Shown one piece after another: positions 10,116-20,213 of a DNA stretch of 64,000 bases. The position numbers and the translations under genes are program-made. Each line of letters starts with the position of its first letter. The first letter of the stretch is position 1. Below the pieces are notes generated by a model. That model did not search any database. It saw only the letters and a program-made list of their open reading frames with translations, and was not told the origin of the DNA. The stretch is from Candidatus Shapirobacteria bacterium (GTDB lineage: Bacteria; Patescibacteriota; Microgenomatia; UBA12405): NCBI GenBank assembly GCA_041665485.1, contig JBAYIT010000001.1, positions 8,651 to 72,650 of the forward strand, read 5' to 3'.

Positions 10116-12204
10116 ATTGGTGGTGATATTGGGCTTAATCGGTTTACTGGTGGCGTTTTTAATGATGGTGGTAGAACTACCTAACCCAAAAAAGTTGCAA
10201 AGTAGTGAGTATCCAGAATCTTCAAGAATATATGACAGAAATGGTTTATTGCTTTATGAAATATATGCCGACAAAAGAAGGTCTCCAGTAAAGATTGACC
10301 AAGTACCCAAGTATCTAAAGGAGGCGACGGTGGCAATTGAAGATGCCAACTTTTATCATCATATTGGTTTCGACATAAAAGGAATCGGTCGAGCAATATA
10401 CCGGACTTTGTTTAGGAAAAGAATCGAGGGCGGATCAACATTGACCCAGCAATTGGTTAAAAATGCCCTTTTAACTCCGGAAAAAACTATTTCCCGAAAA
10501 GTCAAAGAGGCATTCTTAACTCTGGCAACGGAAATAATTTATAGTAAAGAGCAAATACTAGAGATGTATTTAAATCAGACACCTTACGGAGGAACAATGT
10601 GGGGGGTGGAAGCGGCAGCAAATGGCCTTTTTAATAAAACGGTTGATAAGTTAGATCTGGCAGAATCGGCAATGATTGCCGGCTTGCCCGGATCACCGAC
10701 GAGATATTCTCCTTTTGCTTATCCAGAGGTGGCTAAAAAAAGGCAAGCTTTGGTTTTAAAGAGGATGGTTGAGGAAAAGTACATAACGGCAGAACAGGCA
10801 AGAGAGGCGGAAAACGAGGAACTTAAATACTTTGTTAGTAGAGTAGGGATTGAAGCACCTCATTTTGTTTTTTATGTCAAAGAGCAGTTAATTGAAAAGT
10901 ACGGAATTAAAAAAGTTAACGAAGGAGGTTTGAAGGTGATAACCACTTTAGATTTGACGATAGAGCAAATGGCAGAAAAAATAGTTGAAGAAGAATTGGC
11001 TAAGCTAAGTAAATTAAGGGTTAGTAATGGGGCAGTTTTGATAACTAAGCCGGATACCGGAGAAATATTGGCAATGGTTGGATCTAAAGATTATTTTGCT
11101 AACGATATTGATGGTAAGTTTAATGTGACAACCGCTCTAAGACAGCCTGGGAGCTCAATTAAACCGTTTAATTATGCCTTAGGAATAGAGACAGGAAAAG
11201 TGACGGCAGCGAGTGTTTTTTATGACGGGCCGACTTGTTTTGAATCTGTAGGGCAAAAAAATTATTGTCCAACAAATTATGGAGGAAATTACTTTGGAAT
11301 CCAAACACTAAGAAACTCTCTGGCAAGTTCTTTAAATATCCCGGCGGTGAAAATGCTTAAAATTAACGGCTTGGAAACGTTCGTGGCGTCAGCAGCAGCA
11401 ATGGGAATAACCACTTTAACCAATCCGGATAATTACGGATTGTCACTAACATTGGGAGGAGGAGAGGTAACAATGATGGATATGGCGACGGCTTTTGGGA
11501 CAATTGCCAATGCCGGAGTAAAACAAAATTTAATAACAATAAGGGAAACAACGGGAAAAGGATCAGAAAAACTGGAAGAATATGGTTTTATCCCGGGAGA
11601 GAGAAAATTATCAAGAGAGACAGCCTTTATAATTTCTCAAATATTATCTGACGATAACGCCAGAGCGATGGTATTTGGTCGAGGCTCAATGTTAAATATT
11701 AAAGGTCATCCAGAGGTGGCAGTAAAGACAGGAACGACAAACGACATGAGAGATAACTGGACGATTGGTTATACCCCTGATTTGGTGGTGGCAACTTGGG
11801 TAGGAAACAATAACAACACCAAAATGGGAGGATTAGTTTCGGGGACAACCGGAGCAGCACCAATTTGGAACAAGATAATGACTAAGATTTTGGCCGATAA
11901 ACCAATAAGGAAAGTCGGCAAACCGGATGGAGTAAAAACGGCAGTAGTTTGTAATTTAACGGGAATGTTGGTGCCGGAAGAAGGTTGTGAGTCTCATCAG
12001 GAATACTTCAAAGAAGGCTTCGAACCAAAAACAAGGGTAAGCCTGACAAGAAACGTGTTGATAGATAAAGATACCGGTCAAATAGTAAAGGAGGGGGAAG
12101 AAAAAACCAACGTAGAGTGGCAAAATCATCCGGTAGTGGAAGACGTAACAGGAGCATTAGTTTGTCTTGACTGCCCAAAAATAGAAAATGGAAATGGTAA
12201 TTAA
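10078..12204 (+). CDS. mrcA: Penicillin-binding protein 1A (bifunctional transglycosylase/transpeptidase), copy 1
   Basis: GT51 motifs (EDANFYHHIGFD, GGSTLTQQL) and transpeptidase motifs (SSIKP, KTGT). Single N-terminal TM. Confidence 0.9.
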   Translation: MMTKILKRLKITKLVVILGLIGLLVAFLMMVVELPNPKKLQSSEYPESSRIYDRNGLLLYEIYADKRRSPVKIDQVPKYLKEATVAIEDANFYHHIGFDIKGIGRAIYRTLFRKRIEGGSTLTQQLVKNALLTPEKTISRKVKEAFLTLATEIIYSKEQILEMYLNQTPYGGTMWGVEAAANGLFNKTVDKLDLAESAMIAGLPGSPTRYSPFAYPEVAKKRQALVLKRMVEEKYITAEQAREAENEELKYFVSRVGIEAPHFVFYVKEQLIEKYGIKKVNEGGLKVITTLDLTIEQMAEKIVEEELAKLSKLRVSNGAVLITKPDTGEILAMVGSKDYFANDIDGKFNVTTALRQPGSSIKPFNYALGIETGKVTAASVFYDGPTCFESVGQKNYCPTNYGGNYFGIQTLRNSLASSLNIPAVKMLKINGLETFVASAAAMGITTLTNPDNYGLSLTLGGGEVTMMDMATAFGTIANAGVKQNLITIRETTGKGSEKLEEYGFIPGERKLSRETAFIISQILSDDNARAMVFGRGSMLNIKGHPEVAVKTGTTNDMRDNWTIGYTPDLVVATWVGNNNNTKMGGLVSGTTGAAPIWNKIMTKILADKPIRKVGKPDGVKTAVVCNLTGMLVPEEGCESHQEYFKEGFEPKTRVSLTRNVLIDKDTGQIVKEGEEKTNVEWQNHPVVEDVTGALVCLDCPKIENGNGN

Positions 12205-14218
12205 AATACTGATTGGATTGGGGAAGCCAATATTACTTGGAATAAAGGTAGTATTAAAACATTTTGGTTATGTCTTTTTGACGCTAATTTTGATGGTAAT
12301 GACGGGAGGTTTGGTTTGGGGTTGGCAAAGAGTAATTGCCGGAATGCCCAACATCGACAAAATTTATGAACCGCCGTCAATGACCTCAAAGATCACCGAT
12401 AGAAATGGACGAGTACTTTACAAATATTATGAAAAAGAAAACAGAAGCTGGGTAAACCTGGAAAAGATCCCCAAGGTAATGGTAGAAGCAACCTTGGCAA
12501 TTGAGGATAAAGATTTTTATAATCATCACGGAATCTCTTGGAGAGGAATAATAAAGGCAATTTGGCATAATTTTACGACGAGAGGCAATAATAATGGATT
12601 GTGGGGCGGTTCAACAATAACTCAACAATTGGCAAAAAATGTTTTCCTAAACGGTGAAAAAACATGGGTGAGAAAAGCCAGAGAGGCAATATTGGCAATA
12701 ATGTTGGAAAGAAAGTTAACTAAAGATGAAATTTTAGAAAGATATTTTAATCAAGTCCCCTATGGTGGAGAAATCTATGGGGTAGCAGAGGCGGCAAAAA
12801 AATTTTTTGACAAAGATATCAGTGAAATTAGCGTAGCCGAGGCAACGTTTTTGGCGGGATTGCCGGCAGCGCCAACAGCTTATTTACCACGAAAGGGAGA
12901 TTTGGAGTTAGGCAAAGAGAGACAAAAACAAGTATTGAATCAGATGGTAACGGCGGGCTATTTAACTGAGATGGAGGCAGACAAAATCAGCAGGGAAGAA
13001 CTAAAGATTATCGAACCAAGAATCGCGATTAAGGCGCCACACTTTGTTTTTTATATTAGGGACTATCTTAAGGACAAAATGGGGATTGAAAATATTGGCC
13101 GACAGGGGTTAACGGTCAAAACGACACTTGATCTTGATCAACAATTAATAGCAGAAAAGATTGTAAAAAATGAAGTGGAAAAGGTAAGGGGTTTGGGAAT
13201 TAGTAATGGAGCGGCACTAGTACTTGAGGTCAGGACAGGAAAAATACTGGCGATGGTGGGATCTAAAGATTATTTTGCTAACGATATTGATGGTAAGTTT
13301 AATGTGACAACGGCCCTAAGACAGCCGGGGAGCTCAATTAAACCGATCAACTATCTTCTCGCCATACAGAACGGAAAAACATTAATGGATATGATTGATG
13401 ACAGCCCGGTAACTTATTACGTTAAGGGCCAGAAACCATATAGCCCGCAAAATTATAATGGCAAATACATGGGAAGAGTGACTTTAAAAACAGCCCTGGC
13501 GTCTTCCTTAAATGTGCCGTCAGTAAAACTGCTGGCGGAAAATGGAGTGGAGGAAATGATTGATTTGGGGAGAAAAATGGGAATAACCAGCTGGGATCAA
13601 CCAAATCGATTTGGTTTATCATTGGCCTTAGGGAGCGGTGAAGTGAAAATGACCGAACTTTCCCAGGCATACAGTATCTTTGCCAATTTGGGGGAAAAAG
13701 CAGAAATTAATCCGATTGTTTTAATCGAAAATTACATGGGAGAAACGGTATACGAAAGAATAAACGAGACAAGAATGGTGGTAGAGCCAAAATATGCCTT
13801 TTTAATAAACCAAGCTTTGGCAGATAACGAAGCTAGAACACCGATTTTTGGAGCAAATTCTAAATTGAAAATAACGGGAAAGACGGTAGCAGTAAAAACC
13901 GGGACGACAAATAGTCTTCGAGACAATTGGTGTATTGGTTGGACACCGGATTTGTTGGTGGCAACTTGGGTGGGAAATAATGATAATCACCCGATGGGAT
14001 GGGTGGCTTCAGGAGTTAGCGGAGCAACGCCAATATGGTATGAAATCATGAGCCAAGCATTAGCAAAAAAAGGGAATATGGAATGGGAGCCACCAATGGA
14101 TGTTTATAAGGCTAGCGTCTGTGGAAAAGAAGAGTATTTTACCGACGGAAGGGAAATAAATATAAAATGCCCGATGTTAAAACCGACCGGTGAACCCCCA
14201 GTAAAGACGGTCAACTAA
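12188..14218 (+). CDS. mrcA: Penicillin-binding protein 1A, tandem paralog (copy 2)
   Basis: Same domain order and motifs as copy 1 (EDKDFYNHHGIS, GGSTITQQL, SSIKP, KTGT). Overlaps the end of copy 1. Confidence 0.9.
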   Translation: MEMVIKILIGLGKPILLGIKVVLKHFGYVFLTLILMVMTGGLVWGWQRVIAGMPNIDKIYEPPSMTSKITDRNGRVLYKYYEKENRSWVNLEKIPKVMVEATLAIEDKDFYNHHGISWRGIIKAIWHNFTTRGNNNGLWGGSTITQQLAKNVFLNGEKTWVRKAREAILAIMLERKLTKDEILERYFNQVPYGGEIYGVAEAAKKFFDKDISEISVAEATFLAGLPAAPTAYLPRKGDLELGKERQKQVLNQMVTAGYLTEMEADKISREELKIIEPRIAIKAPHFVFYIRDYLKDKMGIENIGRQGLTVKTTLDLDQQLIAEKIVKNEVEKVRGLGISNGAALVLEVRTGKILAMVGSKDYFANDIDGKFNVTTALRQPGSSIKPINYLLAIQNGKTLMDMIDDSPVTYYVKGQKPYSPQNYNGKYMGRVTLKTALASSLNVPSVKLLAENGVEEMIDLGRKMGITSWDQPNRFGLSLALGSGEVKMTELSQAYSIFANLGEKAEINPIVLIENYMGETVYERINETRMVVEPKYAFLINQALADNEARTPIFGANSKLKITGKTVAVKTGTTNSLRDNWCIGWTPDLLVATWVGNNDNHPMGWVASGVSGATPIWYEIMSQALAKKGNMEWEPPMDVYKASVCGKEEYFTDGREINIKCPMLKPTGEPPVKTVN

Positions 14219-14749
14219 AACAGGAATAAGCTCGGACGACTCCGGTGGTGACTTAATAATCATAAAAAATGGGTTTTGAGGGATGTTGACGTATAGACAA
14301 GTGACATCACTTTGGGGATTGTATTGATGTAAATCAAATCCTTTGGGAAGAAGATCAAAAACTGGTCCAGAAGTAAGGAGTGGGGTTTTTTGGGTAAAAG
14401 CAAGGAGTTTACTGATCTGATCTGGAGAACCAATTTGATCAGGATTTTTTGACCAAATTAGATTTTGATTGTTTTGGGAAGCACCACCAACATAAAAAGA
14501 CCAATCAATAAAGTCCTGGCTAATAACAGGAAATGAGACTTCTGGAGTGGAAATTGATTTTTTAGGACTTAATGAAAACTGACGATAAAGCATAAAAACA
14601 AGAGGCAAAAAAATAGTGAGAGTCATGATGACAAAAACTAGGCGACGTTTGGAAGAGAGGTTTTTGTCTTGGGAAAGGGTTTCCACCAAGTCGAGCTGTT
14701 CACTCTCTTGAGAACGACCTTTTCTGACTTTTTCTGGTTTCGGAAGCAT
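14177..14749 (-). CDS. Hypothetical membrane-anchored protein (start trimmed to internal Met)
   Basis: ORF 14177-14863 overlaps the MFS gene by ~85 nt. The internal Met at 14749 removes the overlap. Confidence 0.35.
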   Translation of the reverse strand: MLPKPEKVRKGRSQESEQLDLVETLSQDKNLSSKRRLVFVIMTLTIFLPLVFMLYRQFSLSPKKSISTPEVSFPVISQDFIDWSFYVGGASQNNQNLIWSKNPDQIGSPDQISKLLAFTQKTPLLTSGPVFDLLPKGFDLHQYNPQSDVTCLYVNIPQNPFFMIIKSPPESSELIPVLVDRLYWGFTGRF

Positions 14750-14777
14750 ATTTAGACTAATAGTATAATACACACTA

Positions 14778-15950
14778 ATGTCTATTTCTGTCCATTCAAA
14801 CGTTAAATTCCTAACTTGGTTTAATTTTTTTGTTGACTTTACCTTGTATGGCCCAATTGCCATCTTATATTTTTCAAAGGTGGCCGGGTCGTATGCATTG
14901 GGGTTGTCAATTTTTTCGATAGAAATGATATCTTCGAGTATTTTTGAACTGCCAACAGGAGTGTTATCGGATTATATCGGAAGACGAAAAACAGTAATTT
15001 ATGGGGCAATGTGCGCTTTGATGGCGGGAATTTTTTATGCTTTAGGGGTTAATTATTGGTATTTATTTGTCGGGGGAATTTTTGCCGGTTTGGCGAGGTC
15101 TTTTTATAGTGGAAACAACGCTGCCCTGCTCCATGAATCATTGAGAGAAAATAATCAGGAAGAGGAATATTCAAAATATTCAGGACAAACGAGTTCGATG
15201 TTTCAAGTGGCTTTAGCGGTTTCAGCTCTCCTTGGTGGAATAATTTCATACTGGTCGTTTCCAGCAGTAATGTGGTTATCAGTACTCCCCCGACTGTTGG
15301 GTTTGCTAGTAGCATTTAAATTAATTGAGCCAAAGTTACTAGATAATAAAAGTGAAAATAATATTTTGACTCATCTTAAAGAATCGGTGGCTAACTTTAA
15401 ACGAAACCGAGAATTAAGAAGTTTGAATATTGTGTCTATTTTGAATTATGGAATCGGAGAAACGATGCATCAGTTTAAAGCGGCGTTTATTGCCACTCTC
15501 TGGCCGGTATGGGCAATAGGCATATCTGGCACTTTGACCCATGTTTGGGCAACGATTGGATTTAGGACTGGATCGTATTTGTCAAAGAAATTTGGTTTTT
15601 TGAAAGTGTTGTTTTTAGGAAGCATTTTTAACCGATTTTTTAGCATTTTTATGCTGTTAACGGCAAACGTGATATCGCCCTTAATTATGCCTTTTACATC
15701 TTTTACATATGGGGTAAGTTCGGTGGCTCAAGATACATTATTTCAGAAGCATTTTACCAATCGAGAAAGGGCGACTATGGGCAGTTTAAACAGTTTGGCA
15801 GGAAATTTATTTTTTGGATTATTTGCCCTAGTTTTTGGGATGTTGGCGGACAAAATTCGGCCAACACAAGCAATGATTGTTGGCGAGGTGTTGATGTTTT
15901 CGGTAGTTTACATCTACTGGCGATTGTATAGAACGGAAAAAGCAAGATAA
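14778..15950 (+). CDS. MFS transporter
   Basis: 12-TM-like hydrophobicity pattern and MFS-like loop motif (GVLSDYIGRRK). Confidence 0.65.
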   Translation: MSISVHSNVKFLTWFNFFVDFTLYGPIAILYFSKVAGSYALGLSIFSIEMISSSIFELPTGVLSDYIGRRKTVIYGAMCALMAGIFYALGVNYWYLFVGGIFAGLARSFYSGNNAALLHESLRENNQEEEYSKYSGQTSSMFQVALAVSALLGGIISYWSFPAVMWLSVLPRLLGLLVAFKLIEPKLLDNKSENNILTHLKESVANFKRNRELRSLNIVSILNYGIGETMHQFKAAFIATLWPVWAIGISGTLTHVWATIGFRTGSYLSKKFGFLKVLFLGSIFNRFFSIFMLLTANVISPLIMPFTSFTYGVSSVAQDTLFQKHFTNRERATMGSLNSLAGNLFFGLFALVFGMLADKIRPTQAMIVGEVLMFSVVYIYWRLYRTEKAR

Positions 15951-15951
15951 T

Positions 15952-16866
15952 TTATTTCCTTATCTGTTTTAGGGTTAAGAGGCCGGGTTTGGCGCCGATG
16001 AAGCTGACAACTGAAGCAGAGTTTTTAATCCCCCACTCGAGGGCTTGTTCGGGAGATAGATTATGGGCTAGAGCAGCAACAAAAGCGGAACCAAAAGCAT
16101 CACCAGCGCCAGTTTCGTCAACAGGCTTAGTGTTAATAATGGGAGAATAAAGCTTTTTTGTTGGAGTGAGGATGTAAGCTCCATCACGGCCATTGGTGAC
16201 AGCAACCAAAGGGCAGTTCCAGGAATTAATTTTTGGCCAAAAACGAGAATCAGAAAATTCAAGACCGGTTAACATCTCTGATTCAACCCGATTTAAAAGA
16301 AGGAAATCAACTAGAGGCAAAAATGATTCGAGTTGACGACGGAGAAGAAGTTCTCCCCGACCAGGGTTAAGGGATATTTTTGTATGATTTTCTCTGGCAA
16401 AACCAATTATTTTTTCCAAAAGGGAAAGATTGCCCTCAAGTGAGGTGATGTAAAACCATCCGGCGGATTTTAGCGAGGACCATTTAACGTTTTTGGACTC
16501 CAAACGACTTGGGCCACGTTGAGTTAGAATGGTTCGGCCACCATCGGGAGCAATTAAAATAACTGAAAAATCAGTATCTTCTTTTGATTGATAAACCAAA
16601 CTATTAACTTTTTCGGAAGCAAGATTGTTAATAATTATCTCTGAAAACGGATCGGAACCAATCAGAGAAAGACAGGCTGATTTCAAACCAAGACGAGAAA
16701 AGGAGACAGAGGAATTGGTGGCGCCACCACCGGAGCAGACCAAGGTTTGTTTAACTTCGTTTTTGGAGGAATAGGGTAAAAGAAGACGGTTTTGTTTGAC
16801 TTCAAAAATGTTGGATTTAAGAAAAATGTCGAATGTAGCAGCGCCAATAGAAACAATATCGATCAT
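15952..16866 (-). CDS. PfkB-family carbohydrate/nucleoside kinase
   Basis: C-terminal DETGAGDAFGSAF signature and N-terminal GGGATN. Confidence 0.75.
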   Translation of the reverse strand: MIDIVSIGAATFDIFLKSNIFEVKQNRLLLPYSSKNEVKQTLVCSGGGATNSSVSFSRLGLKSACLSLIGSDPFSEIIINNLASEKVNSLVYQSKEDTDFSVILIAPDGGRTILTQRGPSRLESKNVKWSSLKSAGWFYITSLEGNLSLLEKIIGFARENHTKISLNPGRGELLLRRQLESFLPLVDFLLLNRVESEMLTGLEFSDSRFWPKINSWNCPLVAVTNGRDGAYILTPTKKLYSPIINTKPVDETGAGDAFGSAFVAALAHNLSPEQALEWGIKNSASVVSFIGAKPGLLTLKQIRK

Positions 16867-17702
16867 GAAATTGTCGAAAAAGTATTAATTTTATCGATAA
16901 CAACTTTGGTAACATCGTCAATAACTGGTGTGAGATAGTCGTAAATTTTATCAGACTGAGTACTATTGATTTCGCGAAGGAGAGAACTTTTGTATTGGTT
17001 ACGAAGATCGGTATTAATATTGATTTTGACGACGCCAAGTTTGATGGCCTGATGGATGGCGTCAAGATCAATGCCGGAGCCACCGTGAAGAGTAAAAAGA
17101 ACTGAAGGCGGAACAACTTGCTTAATTTTATTAAGTCGGTCAAGATCAATTTTTTCTGGAGTAAGGGTGTTAACACCGTGGAGGTTGCCAATAGAAATAG
17201 CGAGAAGATCGGGGTTAGTTGTCAGGACAAACTCAGCGGCTTGATCGGGGTCAGTAAAACTATCGGGGGAGATTTCTGAGCCGGAAAGATTGATCCTGTT
17301 AAATTCAGTTTCAATAATAATTTCGGGGCTAATTTGCCTGGCTGACTTGACAAATTCTTGAGATCGGGAAAGTCCGGTTAAATAATCAAGCGAAGAGGCA
17401 TCGAAGTGAAGCATGTCAAAACCTAACCTGGCCAATTCCAAAAGGCGGGCGGTGTCCTGGCCGTGGTCCATATTAAGATAGATTGGCAAACCGTCGATGT
17501 TAGCTTTTTTAACTAATATTAAAAGACGTTTGGCGTCGATAAATTTATCTTCGCCGGCAGAAAGTTGGACAATACAAGGCAGGTTGGTTTTCTTGACCGC
17601 CAATTCAACAGCTTGATAAATTTCGAAAGAATCAATGTTAAAGGCAGGAATAGCCTTGTGACCCTGAAAAGAAGTCAGTAATTGTTTGAGGGGTGTGATC
17701 AT
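16863..17702 (-). CDS. fba: Class II fructose-bisphosphate aldolase
   Basis: NMDHG and LHGGSG motifs. 279 aa. Confidence 0.8.
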   Translation of the reverse strand: MITPLKQLLTSFQGHKAIPAFNIDSFEIYQAVELAVKKTNLPCIVQLSAGEDKFIDAKRLLILVKKANIDGLPIYLNMDHGQDTARLLELARLGFDMLHFDASSLDYLTGLSRSQEFVKSARQISPEIIIETEFNRINLSGSEISPDSFTDPDQAAEFVLTTNPDLLAISIGNLHGVNTLTPEKIDLDRLNKIKQVVPPSVLFTLHGGSGIDLDAIHQAIKLGVVKININTDLRNQYKSSLLREINSTQSDKIYDYLTPVIDDVTKVVIDKINTFSTIS

Positions 17703-18649
17703 GATTTTTGGGAAAGTAAATTATTAATTGATTTTTCAATGTCTGATGGCGACAAGCCGTAGTGCTGATAAAGAAGTTCGGGGGTGCCAGATTGGCCAAA
17801 AGAGTTATCAACGGCTAGGTGGGCGAATTTAACTTTGACACCAGAAGTGGCAATAAGGTGGGAGACGGCCTCGCCTAAACCGCCAATTTTTTGGTGATCT
17901 TCAATGACTAAACAATGGCCGGTTTTTTTAAGAGATTTAAGGATAGTCTCTTCGTCTAAAGGCTTGAGAGAAGAACAGTTAATAATTTCTAATTTCCAAT
18001 TTCTAATGTCTAAACTTAGGACTGAAGTGAGGAGGGGGCCGTAACCAAGAATAGTAATGTCTTTACCGGCATGGAGAAGATAAGATTTACCGATAGTAAA
18101 GGATTTTTTTGAATCATAATAATTTTCTGACGAAGGGCGACTAAGACGGATGTAGCAAGGAAGATGGCTTTGAGAAACGGTAGTGACGATTTTTTTGGTC
18201 TCGACGGCATCAAGTGGGGCAAAGACGTGGAGACCAGGCATAGTCCGAGTTAAAGCGATATCTTCAAGCATTTGGTGAGTAGCGCCAAGGTCGCCACTTG
18301 CCAGACCAGCGTGAGAACCGATAATTTTGACGTTGGCATGGTTCATACAAATAGACTGTTTGATAACCCCCCAATTGAGGGCGGGGGAAAAACAAGCAAA
18401 GGAAGTGAGGAAAACAACTTTACCGTTCTTGGCGAGGCCAGCAGCTACGCCTGTGGCGTTAGACTCGGCCACACCGGCTTCGATAAATCTCTTAGCAAAG
18501 TCTTGTTTAAATTTTTCTAAGAATAGGGAGGGGTAAAGGCCGGCGTCGACAACGTAGATGCGAGGATCGACCTTGGCGAGTTGGTATAAAGTGTCGCCAA
18601 AAGACTGACGCATGGAGGTTAGAGTTTGTTTAGGTCGCGTTGGGCGCAT
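17699..18649 (-). CDS. Transketolase C-terminal subunit (pyrimidine-binding and C-terminal domains)
   Basis: Split-transketolase B-subunit homology. Overlaps the A-subunit gene. Confidence 0.85.
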   Translation of the reverse strand: MRPTRPKQTLTSMRQSFGDTLYQLAKVDPRIYVVDAGLYPSLFLEKFKQDFAKRFIEAGVAESNATGVAAGLAKNGKVVFLTSFACFSPALNWGVIKQSICMNHANVKIIGSHAGLASGDLGATHQMLEDIALTRTMPGLHVFAPLDAVETKKIVTTVSQSHLPCYIRLSRPSSENYYDSKKSFTIGKSYLLHAGKDITILGYGPLLTSVLSLDIRNWKLEIINCSSLKPLDEETILKSLKKTGHCLVIEDHQKIGGLGEAVSHLIATSGVKVKFAHLAVDNSFGQSGTPELLYQHYGLSPSDIEKSINNLLSQKS

Positions 18650-19380
18650 AGGTAGAGATCTTCGGAAAGATTTTTAACGTCATGATATTTATGGTTGTTT
18701 TTAGCAAACGAGAGACCAGAACCGAAGACAGTATGGGCAATAATACAGTTGGGATAATTAGAATGGGTGGCTTTTTTGAGAGCCGAAGTGATTTTGCCAA
18801 AATTATGACCGTCTACTTCAGTAACTGTCCAACCGAAACGAACATATTTAGCGGCTAGGTCGCCCTGGGGCATAATCTCGTCAGTACTACCGCCGATTTG
18901 ATAACGATTAACATCGACAATATTGATTAAATTACCAAGATGATATTTGGCGGCAAATTGGGCAGCTTCCCAAACTTGGCCTTCTTGATGTTCGCCGTCG
19001 GTAGTAAGACAAATAATATGATTAGAACTGCCTATGGCTAAACCGGCAGAAAAAGATAATCCCTGACCGAGAAGCCCAGAGGAATAATTAACGCCGGGGG
19101 TTTCAGTGGAGATGTGGCCCTGCAAAATTGAGCCAAAACTAGCATAGGAGGAAAGGTACTCTTTGGGAAAATAGCCGGCGTGAGCTAAAACAACGTAAAG
19201 AGCGGGAGCGAGGTGGCCGGCAGAGAGAATAAATTTATCAAGCTTCAAATTAAAAATTTCACCAAAACAAACGGCAATCATAAGGTCAAGGGAGGAAAAA
19301 GAGCCGCCAAGATGACCACCGCCAGAGTGGTAAATTAGGTCAAGTAGATCGAGCCGGAGCTCTTTTCTGAGGCTTTGCAT
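18619..19380 (-). CDS. Transketolase N-terminal (TPP-binding) subunit; start trimmed to internal Met MQSLRKEL
   Basis: GGHLGGSFS TPP motif. The 66-codon upstream extension is low-complexity and would overlap the divergent sigma gene. Confidence 0.85.
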   Translation of the reverse strand: MQSLRKELRLDLLDLIYHSGGGHLGGSFSSLDLMIAVCFGEIFNLKLDKFILSAGHLAPALYVVLAHAGYFPKEYLSSYASFGSILQGHISTETPGVNYSSGLLGQGLSFSAGLAIGSSNHIICLTTDGEHQEGQVWEAAQFAAKYHLGNLINIVDVNRYQIGGSTDEIMPQGDLAAKYVRFGWTVTEVDGHNFGKITSALKKATHSNYPNCIIAHTVFGSGLSFAKNNHKYHDVKNLSEDLYLCAQRDLNKL

Positions 19381-19408
19381 AGTTAATGATAGAATAATTG
19401 TTACCAAA

Positions 19409-19933
19409 ATGGAAAGATACAGGAAAAGCATATGGGGTTTTGTGGCCAAAAAGATAGATGATGTGGGAGTAGTCGAGGAAATAACCAATGATGTAATGAT
19501 GGCAGGAATGATAGGTAGGCCAGGTTTTCGCCAAGAAGCGGGAGAATTTAGCTGGCTTTGCTCGATTGCCAAACACAAAGTAATTGATTACTACCGAAAA
19601 AAGAAATTAAAAACGATTTTGTTTTCCAGCAACCCAATGTGGGAAGAAGTGGCCAGCGAAGCAATTGGGCCGGAAAGGGACGCTCTAAAAAATGAATTAA
19701 AACAGGAGATAAATAAAACTCTTAGGGAGCTGGGAGAAGGATATGAAAAATTGTTGCGACTTAAGTATGTAGAGGGCCTCAAAATTGCTGAAATTGCCAA
19801 ACTGTTTAAATCAAGTGTTAAGGCGATTGAATCGAAGTTAATTCGGGCAAAGATGAGGTTTCGAAACAATTGGGCTTATGATAAAGCAACATATAAAGAA
19901 AATCGGAAAATTAACGGCACTGATCGGGGTTAG
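19409..19933 (+). CDS. RNA polymerase sigma factor, sigma-70/ECF family (start uncertain)
   Basis: Region-2-like FSWLCSIAKHKVIDYYRK and region-4 HTH LKIAEIAKLFKSSVKAIESKLIRAKMRFR. Confidence 0.65.
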   Translation: MERYRKSIWGFVAKKIDDVGVVEEITNDVMMAGMIGRPGFRQEAGEFSWLCSIAKHKVIDYYRKKKLKTILFSSNPMWEEVASEAIGPERDALKNELKQEINKTLRELGEGYEKLLRLKYVEGLKIAEIAKLFKSSVKAIESKLIRAKMRFRNNWAYDKATYKENRKINGTDRG

Positions 19934-20213
19934 ACAGGGGTGGTTTTTGCTAAGAAATACTTACAATCTGTTAACCAAGCCGGAAATTAGTTTTAGGGAG
20001 ATTTGGGCGAAGAAAGATAAATCGGAGATATTTTTTTTAATAATACTGGCAACACTGCCCAGCTGGGGGTATGGGGTTTTAAGGCTAGTTTGGGATAAAT
20101 ATAATTATGGGCAAGTTTTGCGAACAGCAGGGTTGGTGTTTGATGTAGTAGTGACTTTACAAATCCTAATCTTGGTATTTATTGGTTATTGGGGATGGAG
20201 GGGGAGGAAATGA
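19878..20213 (+). CDS. Small membrane protein downstream of ECF sigma (candidate anti-sigma)
   Basis: Two predicted TM segments. Overlaps the sigma gene end. Position only. Confidence 0.3.
   Translation: MIKQHIKKIGKLTALIGVRQGWFLLRNTYNLLTKPEISFREIWAKKDKSEIFFLIILATLPSWGYGVLRLVWDKYNYGQVLRTAGLVFDVVVTLQILILVFIGYWGWRGRK

Noticed and set aside
18619-19578. 319-aa version of the transketolase N-terminal subunit ORF
   Set aside because: The upstream 66 codons are hydrophobic low-complexity, lie before the conserved N-terminus (MQSLRKELRLDLL...) and would overlap the divergent sigma-factor gene by 170 nt.
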